A stretch of 64,000 nt of DNA from Dehalococcoidales bacterium. GTDB lineage: Bacteria; Chloroflexota; Dehalococcoidia; Dehalococcoidales; JAUWZL01. The position numbers were made by a program, and so were the translations under genes. The notes below the pieces were generated by a model, which worked only from the letters and a program-made list of their open reading frames with translations, was not told the DNA's origin and ran no database searches. The stretch spans positions 999 through 64,998 of the forward strand of contig DAOUMC010000025.1 in the NCBI GenBank assembly GCA_034413595.1, written 5' to 3'. This document shows, piece after piece, positions 19,960 to 29,522 of this stretch. The stretch's first letter is position 1; every line of letters begins with the position of its first letter.

Positions 19960-20923
19960 GGCCGGGTTTGACATCCATATCCAGGCCGTCTATCTTTCCG
20001 GACTTAAGGTGGAAGTAGCCACAGGCGGCGACCATGGCGGCGTTATCGGTGCATAGTATTGGCTCTGGCATCAGTACCGGCACGGGTGAGTTCTCAATAA
20101 GGCTCTGCCGCAACCTCCGGTTAGCCGCCACCCCTCCTGAAAGGAGTATCTGCCTTACCCGATGCTCTCTGGCCAGGGCTATGGTTTTGCCAACCAGGAC
20201 GTCAACCACCGCCTGCTGGAAGCTGACGGCGGCATCAGCCACATCGCTTACCTTACCCTTCTCCACCAGTCTTAAGAGGGCGGTCTTTAGGCCGCTGAAG
20301 CTGAAATCACTGCTTCCCTTCAGCCAGGCATGGGGCAGTCTGATGGAAGCGACGCCGTTTTCAGCCACCCGGTCGATGGCCGGACCGCCGGGGTAGCCCA
20401 GCCCCAGTATTCGGGCGGCCTTGTCAAAGGCCTCGCCGGCGGCGTCATCTCGTGTCCTGCCTAGCAGAGTATAGTCACCATGGTCTCGCATCAGCACCAG
20501 GTCGCTGTGCCCGCCAGAGACGATAAGGCACAGCAGGGGAAAGGTCGGCTTCTTATCGCCAAGCCAGTTGGCGTAGATGTGGGCCTCAAGGTGATTGACT
20601 CCGGTAAGGGGCAGTCTGTGGACGGCGGCTATGGCCTTGGCAACGCTTACCCCCACCAGCAGTGAGCCGGCCAGCCCCGGGCCGATGGTAACGGCAATGC
20701 CATCAATATCGCACCAGCCGGCCCTGGCCCTGGCCATCGCCTGCTCAATTATGGGAATGATGGCCAGGATGTGCTGTCTTGAGGCTACCTCGGGGACAAT
20801 CCCACCGTAGCGGGCATGGATTTTAACCTGTGAGGCAATCTCGCTGGATAGAATCTTGGCTCCATCTTCAACCACGGCCGAAGCGGTTTCGTCGCAGGAG
20901 GTTTCAACACCCAGGATTTTCAT
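19946..20923 (-). CDS. tsaD: tRNA N6-threonylcarbamoyladenosine synthase TsaD
   Basis: [46 protein letters not shown]. Confidence 0.97.
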   Translation of the reverse strand: MKILGVETSCDETASAVVEDGAKILSSEIASQVKIHARYGGIVPEVASRQHILAIIPIIEQAMARARAGWCDIDGIAVTIGPGLAGSLLVGVSVAKAIAAVHRLPLTGVNHLEAHIYANWLGDKKPTFPLLCLIVSGGHSDLVLMRDHGDYTLLGRTRDDAAGEAFDKAARILGLGYPGGPAIDRVAENGVASIRLPHAWLKGSSDFSFSGLKTALLRLVEKGKVSDVADAAVSFQQAVVDVLVGKTIALAREHRVRQILLSGGVAANRRLRQSLIENSPVPVLMPEPILCTDNAAMVAACGYFHLKSGKIDGLDMDVKPGLKLA

Positions 20924-21050
20924 GCTCTGGAGATTATAGCACAGGTGAGCTTACACCTTTGACACGCCTGCTGGCTGATGTTATGATGAGCTCGGAACCT
21001 GCTCTGGATTTATAAACTTTTCTGGTCTGGTAAAGTGAGGTGAATTAGGA

Positions 21051-22331
21051 ATGCCTGTTGAAGCGCTGTATCTGGTGCTTCTTATTCTTTGCATTTTTTT
21101 GTCCGCCTTTTTCTCCAGCTCGGAGACGGCCTTTGTTTCGCTGGAGAGGTTCCGGGTACAACATCTGATCGAGACCAAGGTCAGGGGGGCAAAACGGGTG
21201 GCCAAAATTCTTGAGCGACCTGAGAAGTTTCTGTCTGCCATCCTGCTGGGTAACAACTTGGTCAATACCGCCGCCGCCGCCATAGGCACCATTTTAGCCA
21301 TATCTGTCTGGGGGCAGGAGAGGGGGGTTCTTATTGCCACCTTCGGCATCGCTTTTGTTCTTTTGATATTCGCTGAGACTGTGCCCAAGACCTTTGCCAA
21401 TCGGCACGCCGAGAAGCTGTCCCTCCTCTTTGTGCGGCCGGTAGAAGTGGTTTCCTTTATTTTTAACCCCTTCGTGGCGGGCTTAAGCTGGCTGGCTTCT
21501 GCCGTCACCCGGCTGGTTGGTGGAGTGCCTATGCGCAGGTCTCTGGTCAGCGAGGAGGAAATCCGCACCATGATAACCGTGGGGCACAAAGAGGGCACGG
21601 TGGAAGAGGCGGAGGCTGATATGCTGCGCGCCGTCTTTGACTTTGGTGACCGGCCGGTCAGCGAGGTCCTGGTGCCCCGCCCCGAGGTCGTCGGGGTGGA
21701 GAAGGGTACCAAGCTGGCCGATTTTCTGGCCCTCTACGCCGGTTCTCCCATGTCCCGCTTCCCTGTGTACGAGGAGAACATGGACAATGTGGTGGGTATT
21801 CTGTCCATCAAAGACGTGCTGATGGCGCTGGCCAAGGGGACAATAACCAGCGACGGCCCCATCGATGAGCTTATCCGTCCGGCCTATTTTGCCCCTGAGA
21901 CCAAGCCTATAGGTGAGCTTTTTACCGAGATGCGGGACGGGAATTACCGCATGAGCATTATCGTTGATGAGTACGGCGGCACCTCCGGCGTAGTCAGCCT
22001 GAGCCGCTTGATGGAGGAGATAGTCGGCCCGGTGGGCGATGAGCTGGCGGCGGCCGAGAAGGAATACGAGACGATAAACGAGTACACCTTCCAGGTTGAT
22101 GGCAGCATGCGGATTGAGGAAGTCAATGAGGAGCTAGGGCTGGAGTTGCCTGAGGGTGATTACGAGACCATGGCCGGTTTTATCCTCCATCTTCTGGGAC
22201 GTATACCCAAGCAGGGTCAGCAGTTGAAATACAAGGACTTAAAGATGGTCATTACCAAGATGAAGGGACTTAAAATAGAGGAGATTCTGCTGACCAAGGA
22301 AAAGCCAAAAGATGTACCGCCTGCGGGTTAG
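21051..22331 (+). CDS. HlyC/CorC (CNNM + CBS + CorC_HlyC) family transporter
   Basis: SAFFSSSETA, ILLGNNLVN, ETVPKT, SRFPVY, VDEYGGTSG. Confidence 0.92.
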   Translation: MPVEALYLVLLILCIFLSAFFSSSETAFVSLERFRVQHLIETKVRGAKRVAKILERPEKFLSAILLGNNLVNTAAAAIGTILAISVWGQERGVLIATFGIAFVLLIFAETVPKTFANRHAEKLSLLFVRPVEVVSFIFNPFVAGLSWLASAVTRLVGGVPMRRSLVSEEEIRTMITVGHKEGTVEEAEADMLRAVFDFGDRPVSEVLVPRPEVVGVEKGTKLADFLALYAGSPMSRFPVYEENMDNVVGILSIKDVLMALAKGTITSDGPIDELIRPAYFAPETKPIGELFTEMRDGNYRMSIIVDEYGGTSGVVSLSRLMEEIVGPVGDELAAAEKEYETINEYTFQVDGSMRIEEVNEELGLELPEGDYETMAGFILHLLGRIPKQGQQLKYKDLKMVITKMKGLKIEEILLTKEKPKDVPPAG

Positions 22332-22956
22332 GTTTAAGCGCGGAGCCAGCCTTAAGTTCATCTCTCACCTGGATATTATACGGCTGTGGCACCGGGCTTT
22401 CCGCCGCGCCGGAGTAGAGCTGACCTACTCCCAGGGCTTTAACCCTCATCCCAGAATAGCTCTGGCATCTCCTCTGGCCCTGGGTGTTACCAGCCAGGCC
22501 GAGCTGATGGACGTCTATCTTAGCCGGTTTATATCACCCCAGTCTTTCGCCGCCTGTGTCAGCCGCCAGCTACCGTTGGGAATTGAGATAGCACAGGTCT
22601 GTCAGGTAGCACCGACCCTGCCCTCTCTTCAGTCACAGGTTCGCTTTGCCGAATACGAAGTTGAGGTGGAAGCAAGGGAGGGAGCCAGCCGTGTCACCCG
22701 GGCGCTTGCCTCTTTGCTGTCAAAGGAGCACCTGCCCTGGCAGCACCAGAGAGATACCGGCTCAAGGAGCTATGACCTGAGGGCACTGATTGACGACCTG
22801 CGGCTGGTCGGCTGGCGGGATGGCTGGGGCACTATCGGTATGAGGCTGCGCTGTGATAGCCGCGGGTCGGGAAGGCCAGAGCAGGTGATGAAAGCTCTGG
22901 GGTTGGGCGAGCCGCGCTCAATCTGCCGCACCAGACTGGTATTGGAGACGAGTTGA
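22312..22956 (+). CDS. TIGR03936 / DUF2344 radical SAM-associated protein
   Basis: FISHLD, YSQGFNPHPRI, LALG..S.AE. Confidence 0.88.
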   Translation: MYRLRVRFKRGASLKFISHLDIIRLWHRAFRRAGVELTYSQGFNPHPRIALASPLALGVTSQAELMDVYLSRFISPQSFAACVSRQLPLGIEIAQVCQVAPTLPSLQSQVRFAEYEVEVEAREGASRVTRALASLLSKEHLPWQHQRDTGSRSYDLRALIDDLRLVGWRDGWGTIGMRLRCDSRGSGRPEQVMKALGLGEPRSICRTRLVLETS

Positions 22957-24116
22957 CCGCTTTGGTAATCTCAGATGAAGCTCCTTTGACACAGCCGACA
23001 CCAGACCCGGAAAGGCAGCACCAGGCCAGGAGGTATGCAAGGACAGGGCGTTACCTTGGCTGGGCTGAACTGGTGATAACCGCCGGCCTGCTTGTTCTCC
23101 TGGTCTTCAGCGGCCTGTCTTCCCGAATTGCCGCTCTTCTGAATCTGCCGGTAGTCCCGGCGGCCGTGGTCTACTTCGTTATTCTCATCCTGGCTTACGG
23201 GGTGATTATGATGCCGCTAACCTACTATCGCGGCTTTGTCCTGCCCCGGCGCTACGGGCTGTCCAAACAAGATGTTACTGACTGGCTGTCCGACCTCATC
23301 AAATCCGGCGCCCTGATGCTTTTCCTGGGCGCTGGCGTAGTTGCCGCCGGCTACTGGTTCATAACTGCCGCGTCACAGACCTGGTGGCTGTTTGCCTGGA
23401 TATTTTTTGCCATTGTCAGCCTGTTATTGAGTGTCCTGGCACCGGTTGTCATTGTGCCCATTTTCTTTAAGATGAAACCCCTGGATGACGCCGGACTCAG
23501 GGTACGGCTTGAGCGCCTGACCGAGCGGGCGGGAATAAAGGTCGGCGGTATCTATAGCATAGAGTTTAGCAGCCGTGGGACCGCCGCCAATGCCGCTGTT
23601 ATGGGGGCCGGCAGAACCAAGAGGATTGTCCTGAGCGACACCCTGCTAAACCAGTACTCGGCGCCAGAGATAGAGGTCGTCATGGCCCATGAGCTGGGCC
23701 ACAACCGCCACCGTGATATGCTGCGGCTATTTGTCTTTCAGTCCATGGTGCTGCTCATCGGCTTTTATTTTACCAGTCTGATACTGAAGGCGATTGTACT
23801 GCCCTCCGGTTTTAGCGGTCTTTCTGATGTAGCCGCCCTGCCCCTGCTAGTCCTGACATTCGGTGGTGTGAGTATGCTGCTGTCTCTGCCGGCCACCAGC
23901 TATACGCGCCGTGTAGAAACCGAGGCCGACGGTTACGCCCTGGGGCTTACCGATGACCCGGCCTCGTTTGTCAGCGCCATGACCAGGCTCACCGACCAGA
24001 ACCTGGCCGAGGCCGAGCCCGGCCGCTGGATTGAGCTTCTGTTTGATGACCACCCCAGCTACCGCAGCCGGGTGGAGCACGCCAGGCACTATCTGGCCCA
24101 CCGGGCGAATAATTGA
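22953..24116 (+). CDS. M48 (Ste24-like) membrane metallopeptidase
   Basis: ANAAVMG, IVLSDTLL, AHELGH, ETEADGYA, DDHPS...R. Confidence 0.9.
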   Translation: MTALVISDEAPLTQPTPDPERQHQARRYARTGRYLGWAELVITAGLLVLLVFSGLSSRIAALLNLPVVPAAVVYFVILILAYGVIMMPLTYYRGFVLPRRYGLSKQDVTDWLSDLIKSGALMLFLGAGVVAAGYWFITAASQTWWLFAWIFFAIVSLLLSVLAPVVIVPIFFKMKPLDDAGLRVRLERLTERAGIKVGGIYSIEFSSRGTAANAAVMGAGRTKRIVLSDTLLNQYSAPEIEVVMAHELGHNRHRDMLRLFVFQSMVLLIGFYFTSLILKAIVLPSGFSGLSDVAALPLLVLTFGGVSMLLSLPATSYTRRVETEADGYALGLTDDPASFVSAMTRLTDQNLAEAEPGRWIELLFDDHPSYRSRVEHARHYLAHRANN

Positions 24117-25636
24117 GGCTTCGCTATCGAGGGGTTAAAGTGACGAGGGGAAAGCAACCGCCCGCATTAGAGGAGCGAGTGCTCCGCTTTGTTCGGGAGC
24201 ATCGGCTGGTGCCCGCCGGCTCTATTCTGCTGGTGGCGGTGTCCGGTGGCGCCGATTCAATCTGCCTGCTCCATCTTCTGGTCAGACTCAGTAGTGAACT
24301 TGACATAAGGCTTCATGTGGCCCACCTTGACCACATGCTGCGGGGCGCTGAATCGAAGGCTGATGCTGACTATGTCGCCCGGCTGGCCCGAGAGCTCGGT
24401 GTACCGGCGACTGTAGAGAAGCGTGATGTAGCGGCCTATAGGAAGGAAAAACGTATCTCGCTGGAAGAGGCAGCCCGGGAGGTGCGTTACCGTTTTCTGG
24501 CCGATACCGCTAGCTCGGTTGGTGCCGGCCGGATATCCACCGGCCACACCCAGGACGACCAGCTAGAAACGATACTGATGCACCTGGTGAGAGGCACGGG
24601 AACCAGGGGGCTCATCGGGCTGAAGCCGGTAAGCCAGTGGAAGTTAAACGGCTGGAGTGTCACCATAGTCCGGCCGCTGCTTGAAGTGAGCCGCCAGGAG
24701 ACCGCCGAATACTGCCAGAGCCACAAGCTCAACCCCAGAATGGACACCTCCAATCTTGAGCTGTCGCCACTGAGGAACAGAATCCGCCAGCAGCTATTAC
24801 CACTGCTGAAGAGCTACAACCCTGGCGTGGCCCAGGCCCTTCTCCGCGCCTCTGCCATTGCCGGCGGCGAGATTGCCTTCCTGGATGGCGAGGTGTCCCG
24901 TCTGTGGAATGAGGTTGTTCAGAAACAGGAGGGCGTGATTATCCTGGACAAGGAAAGATTTTCCCGGTTACCTCCTGCTTTGAAGCGACACCTGCTGAGG
25001 ACGGCTATTGAAGGGCTCTGGGGTAGCCTTAAGGACATAGAGGCGCGCCACATACAAGGGATAATGGCTGCCCTGGACAAACCGGCAGGCAAGCAGATCG
25101 GCCTGCCCGGTGGGCTGGTCTTCTCCATAGAATACGACAGGTACCTGCTGGGGCTGGAGCCGGCCAGCCTTTGCCCCTTTCCCGAGCTGACTGGTGAGTC
25201 TGCCCTCAAGATACCGGGAGAGACCAGACTTCCGGGTTGGCAGGTTGAGGCGACTGTCGGGAAGCCTGAGGGGACGTTAGCCCTTTTAAAAACTCCGGTT
25301 CCCCTTCCCTTTAGCAAAGGGAAGGGGGTAAAAGGAGTAGGATTAACTGATAACCTTACTGCCTGTTTTGATTTTGATAAGACCGGCGATGAGATTATGG
25401 TGAGAACCAGAAAACGCGGCGACAGCTTCCGGCCGTTGGGCTCAGTCGGGTCCAAGAAGCTAAACGAGTTTATGATTGACGCCAGAATCCCCCGCACCTG
25501 GCGGGAACGGATTCCGGTTGTCTTTTCCCCGGAGCACATCCTGTGGCTGGTCGGCTATCGCATAGACGAGAAAGTAAAGGTTACCGAAGCCACCAGGCAG
25601 GTTTTAAAATTGGATTTCAGGCGGACTGAAGATTGA
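24113..25636 (+). CDS. tilS: tRNA(Ile)-lysidine synthetase TilS with an in-frame palindromic insert
   Basis: VAVSGGADS PP-loop, HLDHMLR, EEAARxxRY, GHTQDDQLET, RNRIR; C-terminal KKLNEFMIDARIP...RERIP. Confidence 0.95.
   Translation: MRLRYRGVKVTRGKQPPALEERVLRFVREHRLVPAGSILLVAVSGGADSICLLHLLVRLSSELDIRLHVAHLDHMLRGAESKADADYVARLARELGVPATVEKRDVAAYRKEKRISLEEAAREVRYRFLADTASSVGAGRISTGHTQDDQLETILMHLVRGTGTRGLIGLKPVSQWKLNGWSVTIVRPLLEVSRQETAEYCQSHKLNPRMDTSNLELSPLRNRIRQQLLPLLKSYNPGVAQALLRASAIAGGEIAFLDGEVSRLWNEVVQKQEGVIILDKERFSRLPPALKRHLLRTAIEGLWGSLKDIEARHIQGIMAALDKPAGKQIGLPGGLVFSIEYDRYLLGLEPASLCPFPELTGESALKIPGETRLPGWQVEATVGKPEGTLALLKTPVPLPFSKGKGVKGVGLTDNLTACFDFDKTGDEIMVRTRKRGDSFRPLGSVGSKKLNEFMIDARIPRTWRERIPVVFSPEHILWLVGYRIDEKVKVTEATRQVLKLDFRRTED
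25268..25345. repeat. REP-like double hairpin embedded in the tilS coding sequence
   Basis: Perfect CCCCTTCCCTTT-AGC-AAAGGGAAGGGG stem (25301-25327), preceded by GAGGGG-acgttag-CCCTTTTAAAAACTCC. Boundaries approximate. Confidence 0.7.
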
Positions 25637-25641
25637 ATTTG

Positions 25642-26403
25642 CTATGTTACGTGAAAAAGTTCTATGGGATTTATTTTAAATTGCAGCATTTTTGATGTCT
25701 CTCTGCCCCCGTCCCCACCCTTTCTTTGCATGGTAATCTTCCCGATTTTCAGGCTTCCTCTATCTGTGATTCTAACCTCGCCACCACCAAAAATATTCAG
25801 GACATGATTTATATGCTTTAATGACCATTCAGGATTTGTGTTTTTCTTTTTTAAGACCACCATCATCCAATCAACAGGAAATTCATCGCTACCTTTTAGA
25901 ATATCCGAGACGATCAAAATCTTGTTTTCACTAAAGAAGTTAACAATAAGTTTTTGGGTCTGGGCATCCATTTCATCCAAGAACATCCTTCGCGGGTCTC
26001 TTAGGTTTCCTTTTTTAGGTTTTATCTCTCCAGTGAATAGTTTTAGCGCCTCGGTAATGCTTTGTGGGATATTCCACATTTCAACATACTTATCAATCCA
26101 GCGCTTGTCTATCTGATTGAAGCCTTGTGGGTTGCTCACCAATTTGACTGATAAGTTTTCTCTGGCGATAGCCTCTTTGAGATAGATGGTTATTTGGGCT
26201 TGAACGTCTGTTTTGTGACTGCCAGTTATAATTATTGCTTTAACATTTTCAATTTTCGCTAAATCATAACCCATAATGGTAAGCCACAATTGGGCATCTT
26301 CATCAACTCGCCAGTTATTAAACTTTTTGGCTATGTCCTTTTCGGTCTTAAAACCGCTTTTTGCTGTTTTAGAGCCAAGTTTTATCAAATCACTTCTATC
26401 CAA
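25642..26403 (-). CDS. Type II restriction endonuclease, HinP1I family
   Basis: GSKTAKSGFKTEKDIA, KTD..., VKLVSNPQGFNQIDKRW, DPRRMF, TMQRKGGDGGRETSKMLQFKINP closely follow R.HinP1I as I recall it; AT-rich. Confidence 0.85.
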   Translation of the reverse strand: MDRSDLIKLGSKTAKSGFKTEKDIAKKFNNWRVDEDAQLWLTIMGYDLAKIENVKAIIITGSHKTDVQAQITIYLKEAIARENLSVKLVSNPQGFNQIDKRWIDKYVEMWNIPQSITEALKLFTGEIKPKKGNLRDPRRMFLDEMDAQTQKLIVNFFSENKILIVSDILKGSDEFPVDWMMVVLKKKNTNPEWSLKHINHVLNIFGGGEVRITDRGSLKIGKITMQRKGGDGGRETSKMLQFKINPIELFHVT

Positions 26404-27217
26404 GATTAATTACCTCAAATGTAGCACTATTGAACATGTCATCCTGTTTGATTTCCACCTTTTCCTCAATCCTTTTCAAATAATCAGAGTTTAACTCTAT
26501 GCCTACAGAGTTCCTCCCCAAGTCTTTTGCTGCTTTTATGGTTGTTCCGCTGCCCAGGAACGGGTCTAGTATCCAATCCTCTACATAGGAATACATTTTT
26601 ATTAATCTAGCTGGCAATTCTAAAGGATAGGCAGCACAGTGCTTATCTTCAACCCCGTTTATATCGTTCCAGATGGCATCTCTGAATTTTCTAAAGTCCT
26701 CCGGCGTAACTTTTGACCTTTCTTTTATTTCTTTTGGCACTGATCTCTTACCGACTTTTCTGAAAACATGGATTGGTTCAACCGCATTAGAAATCATGAA
26801 ATTGGCTGGATAAGGATAGCTGCCAAACAGAACTGCACCATCCCTTGATGTTGTTTTTTGCCAGTAAATTGTACCCATAAATCTTAGATTGTTGAAACTA
26901 TTTAGTTGTTGCCATGTTAAAAGTGATAGGTTGGCCGTTGTTCTTCGTTTTTCATCAGGTTCGGAGTAATAAATGTTTCCAATATTTAGGGCTATCTTTC
27001 CATCGGGCAGCAAAGTCCTTACTACTTCTTTCCAGACCCTGTTTAGTCTATCTAAGTATTCTTCTAATGTATCATTTAGCCCGATTTGGTCTTTATGTCC
27101 ATAATCTCTAACATTCCAATAAGGGGGAGATGTAACCATCAACTGGAAGAAGTTATCGGGCAAACTCTTTAGTATTGTTTCGGTATCGCCAATGTAGATT
27201 TTATGCGTTGTCGTCAT
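26396..27217 (-). CDS. Beta-class amino-methyltransferase, probably N4-cytosine
   Basis: Motif IV TSPPY near the N-terminus precedes motif I LDPFLGSGTT (beta order); 8-nt overlap with the REase start; AT-rich. Confidence 0.88.
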   Translation of the reverse strand: MTTTHKIYIGDTETILKSLPDNFFQLMVTSPPYWNVRDYGHKDQIGLNDTLEEYLDRLNRVWKEVVRTLLPDGKIALNIGNIYYSEPDEKRRTTANLSLLTWQQLNSFNNLRFMGTIYWQKTTSRDGAVLFGSYPYPANFMISNAVEPIHVFRKVGKRSVPKEIKERSKVTPEDFRKFRDAIWNDINGVEDKHCAAYPLELPARLIKMYSYVEDWILDPFLGSGTTIKAAKDLGRNSVGIELNSDYLKRIEEKVEIKQDDMFNSATFEVINLG

Positions 27218-27279
27218 ATTACCAATTTATCACCTTTTTAACACGACTTACAACCATTTCTTAATTATCCATTTGAATT

Positions 27280-28089
27280 TTAGATTTGTGGTTTTACCCC
27301 CGAGACCTTTATGCTGGTCACCGAGTTCTCGATGCCCTTGATATCCTCTTCTGTTACCTTTAGCTTGTTGATGATTGCCTTGGCGGTCGGGTCGTTAATC
27401 ATGCAGTCAATCGGAAAATAAGTTTCATCTACTACCCTGACCTCCTGAAAACCGGCCCCGGTTATCGCTTCCAGATAATCGTTCTTGGGCAGTGCCCCTG
27501 AAATGCAGCCGACATAGGCGGCGACAGACTGTTTGATGAACTCAGGCAGCTCTTTTAATAAAACAATGTCAGACACCATCAGCCTGCCGCCGGGTTTGAG
27601 CACCCGGAAGGCCTCTTTAAAAACCTGTTTCTTGTCCGGCGAGAGGTTGATTACACAGTTGGAGATTACAACATCAACCGACTTGTCGGCGCAGGGTATA
27701 TTTTCAATCTCGCCCAGCCTGAAGTCAACGTTCTTATAGCCACCCTTCTGAGCGTTGGTCCTGGCCTTGGCAATCATATCCGGCGTCATATCAACACCGA
27801 TGACTTTCCCCTTCTCGCCGACCTGGTTGGCCGCCAGGAAAGCATCAAAACCGGCGCCCGAGCCCAGGTCAAGGACGGTCTCGCCCTCTTTGAGGGATGC
27901 CAACGCGGTCGGGTTGCCACAGCCAAGGCCGAGGTTGGCGCCTTCGGGGACAGAGCCCAGCTCTTCCTCCGAGTAGCCTATCTTCTTACCTATGTCTTCG
28001 GCCAGGGATGGCTGGCAGCAAGAGCCCCCTCTTTTGGCTATCTGGGCGTAGCCCTCTCTGACTACCTGCTTAATTTCTTTTTCTTTCAT
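27280..28089 (-). CDS. arsM: Arsenite methyltransferase
   Basis: [39 protein letters not shown]; the conserved As-binding cysteines are present. Confidence 0.9.
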   Translation of the reverse strand: MKEKEIKQVVREGYAQIAKRGGSCCQPSLAEDIGKKIGYSEEELGSVPEGANLGLGCGNPTALASLKEGETVLDLGSGAGFDAFLAANQVGEKGKVIGVDMTPDMIAKARTNAQKGGYKNVDFRLGEIENIPCADKSVDVVISNCVINLSPDKKQVFKEAFRVLKPGGRLMVSDIVLLKELPEFIKQSVAAYVGCISGALPKNDYLEAITGAGFQEVRVVDETYFPIDCMINDPTAKAIINKLKVTEEDIKGIENSVTSIKVSGVKPQI

Positions 28090-28110
28090 TTTTGAAAACC
28101 CCCATTATTT

Positions 28111-28365
28111 TTATTGCAGTATGCCTTTCATCATTGGCCCCAGCATGCCCTTTATTGTCTCGGCAAAGTCATCGGCTTTGACCAGTGAGATACAACACAC
28201 TTTTCCCCCGGATTCACAACTTATTACGGCAAATTTGTCACCCGCTCTCACTTTGGCTTTCTCTCTCACCTCTTTAGGGAGAACTATCTGCCCCCTCTCA
28301 TCAATCGTCACTATTGCATCAACTTTGCAGCACTCCATATCTTTTCCCTCCCTTCTTTTGTCCAT
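28111..28365 (-). CDS. AbrB/SpoVT-fold protein with Cys-Cys pairs (HgcAB-associated HgcC-like)
   Basis: ECCKVDAIVTIDERGQIVLPKEVREKA...VCCISLVK; sits directly upstream of arsM. Confidence 0.75.
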   Translation of the reverse strand: MDKRREGKDMECCKVDAIVTIDERGQIVLPKEVREKAKVRAGDKFAVISCESGGKVCCISLVKADDFAETIKGMLGPMMKGILQ

Positions 28366-28401
28366 GGCTCACCTCTTGAATATTTCAGATAATTGTGATT
28401 T

Positions 28402-28443
28402 TACTGATAATTCAGTATAGACTTCCAAATACGCATCTGTCAA
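28402..28443 (-). promoter_or_regulatory. Promoter of the hgcC-like/arsM operon with an overlapping inverted repeat
   Basis: Minus strand TTGACA(28443-28438)-18 nt-TATACT(28419-28414); palindrome TACTGA-TAAT-TCAGTA at 28402-28417. Confidence 0.6.
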
Positions 28444-28524
28444 GTCATTTTTGGAAAATTTTGCCGCGTCAGAGAGGAATGGAGTCAACTAAAATCCAAA
28501 AGTGCTAGGGCCGCAGCGGGTTGA

Positions 28525-29517
28525 CTACATTGTTCTCTTGAGCCTGGGGTTGGGGGTGATGCCCGGTATCCTGCCCCGCTTGGCTATCGGCTTGCCTTCG
28601 ATCTCATGAAGGTCGGCGGTGAAGTCTATCGGGCTGGCGCTGGTGATATAACTGCCGACGCCAAAACCGTCAACCGGCGCCCCTTGGCTGACAAACTGCC
28701 TGATTCGCTCAGCATCAATACCGCCGCTGACAAAAATCTTGACCTTACTGAAGCCGGCCAGGTCCAGCCGGGCCCTGACCTCCTTGACTAAGTCAGCGGT
28801 AACCCTTCCCCTCTCCGGCGGAGTGTCGAGCCGGACGCTTGATAGCCTGTCTCCCAGGGCTTGGGCCACCAGCAGGCTCTCCTCGGCCTCATCCTTGAAG
28901 GTGTCCACCAGGGATACCCGGGGCACCTCTGGTGGCATGTGTTTATCAAAGGCCAGGGTCGCTTTGACGGTAGAACCCATGGCTATAATCAGGGAATGGG
29001 GTATTGTTCCCGAAGGTTGTGTGCCGGCCAGCCGGGCACCGGCGACGCTGGAGCACCCCTGGCAGCCGCCGACCGTAGCCGAGTAGTCCATTATGCCGGC
29101 CACCGAGGGGTGGACATGGCGGGCGCCGAAGCTTATTACTGGTGTGCTCCCGGCGGCATCAACGCACTCTCTGGCGGCGGTGGCCCAGCCGCTACAGTGG
29201 GCTAAAATGCCCAGGTAAGCCGTCTCGTAGAGAGCATAGCTCTGGTAAGGGGCGGTGATGCGTAGCACCACCTCCTTCCTGCCCATGGTATCGCCTTCCC
29301 CGAGAGACCAGACCTCTCGGTTATTCTCAGGCAACACTTTGGTGAGTAGCGCCTTGACTTCCTCTATGCCGCAGATTATTCCCGCCCGGCTGGAGAAGAC
29401 CTCCATGGTGGCCACCGGATTAAGCTTTTCTTCGCGCAGAATCTCCAGAGTGCGGGCAAAATAAACATCGGCGCTGTCCCCGGACAGCACCTCTTGTGAG
29501 GGTTCAAATTTCGCCAT
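28525..29517 (-). CDS. pncB: Nicotinate phosphoribosyltransferase
   Basis: ADVYF, SFGARH, GTIPH, LVDT, SVRLDTP, FVSGG, FGVGS; adjacent to a nicotinamidase-like gene. Confidence 0.85.
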   Translation of the reverse strand: MAKFEPSQEVLSGDSADVYFARTLEILREEKLNPVATMEVFSSRAGIICGIEEVKALLTKVLPENNREVWSLGEGDTMGRKEVVLRITAPYQSYALYETAYLGILAHCSGWATAARECVDAAGSTPVISFGARHVHPSVAGIMDYSATVGGCQGCSSVAGARLAGTQPSGTIPHSLIIAMGSTVKATLAFDKHMPPEVPRVSLVDTFKDEAEESLLVAQALGDRLSSVRLDTPPERGRVTADLVKEVRARLDLAGFSKVKIFVSGGIDAERIRQFVSQGAPVDGFGVGSYITSASPIDFTADLHEIEGKPIAKRGRIPGITPNPRLKRTM

Positions 29518-29522
29518 ATTTT

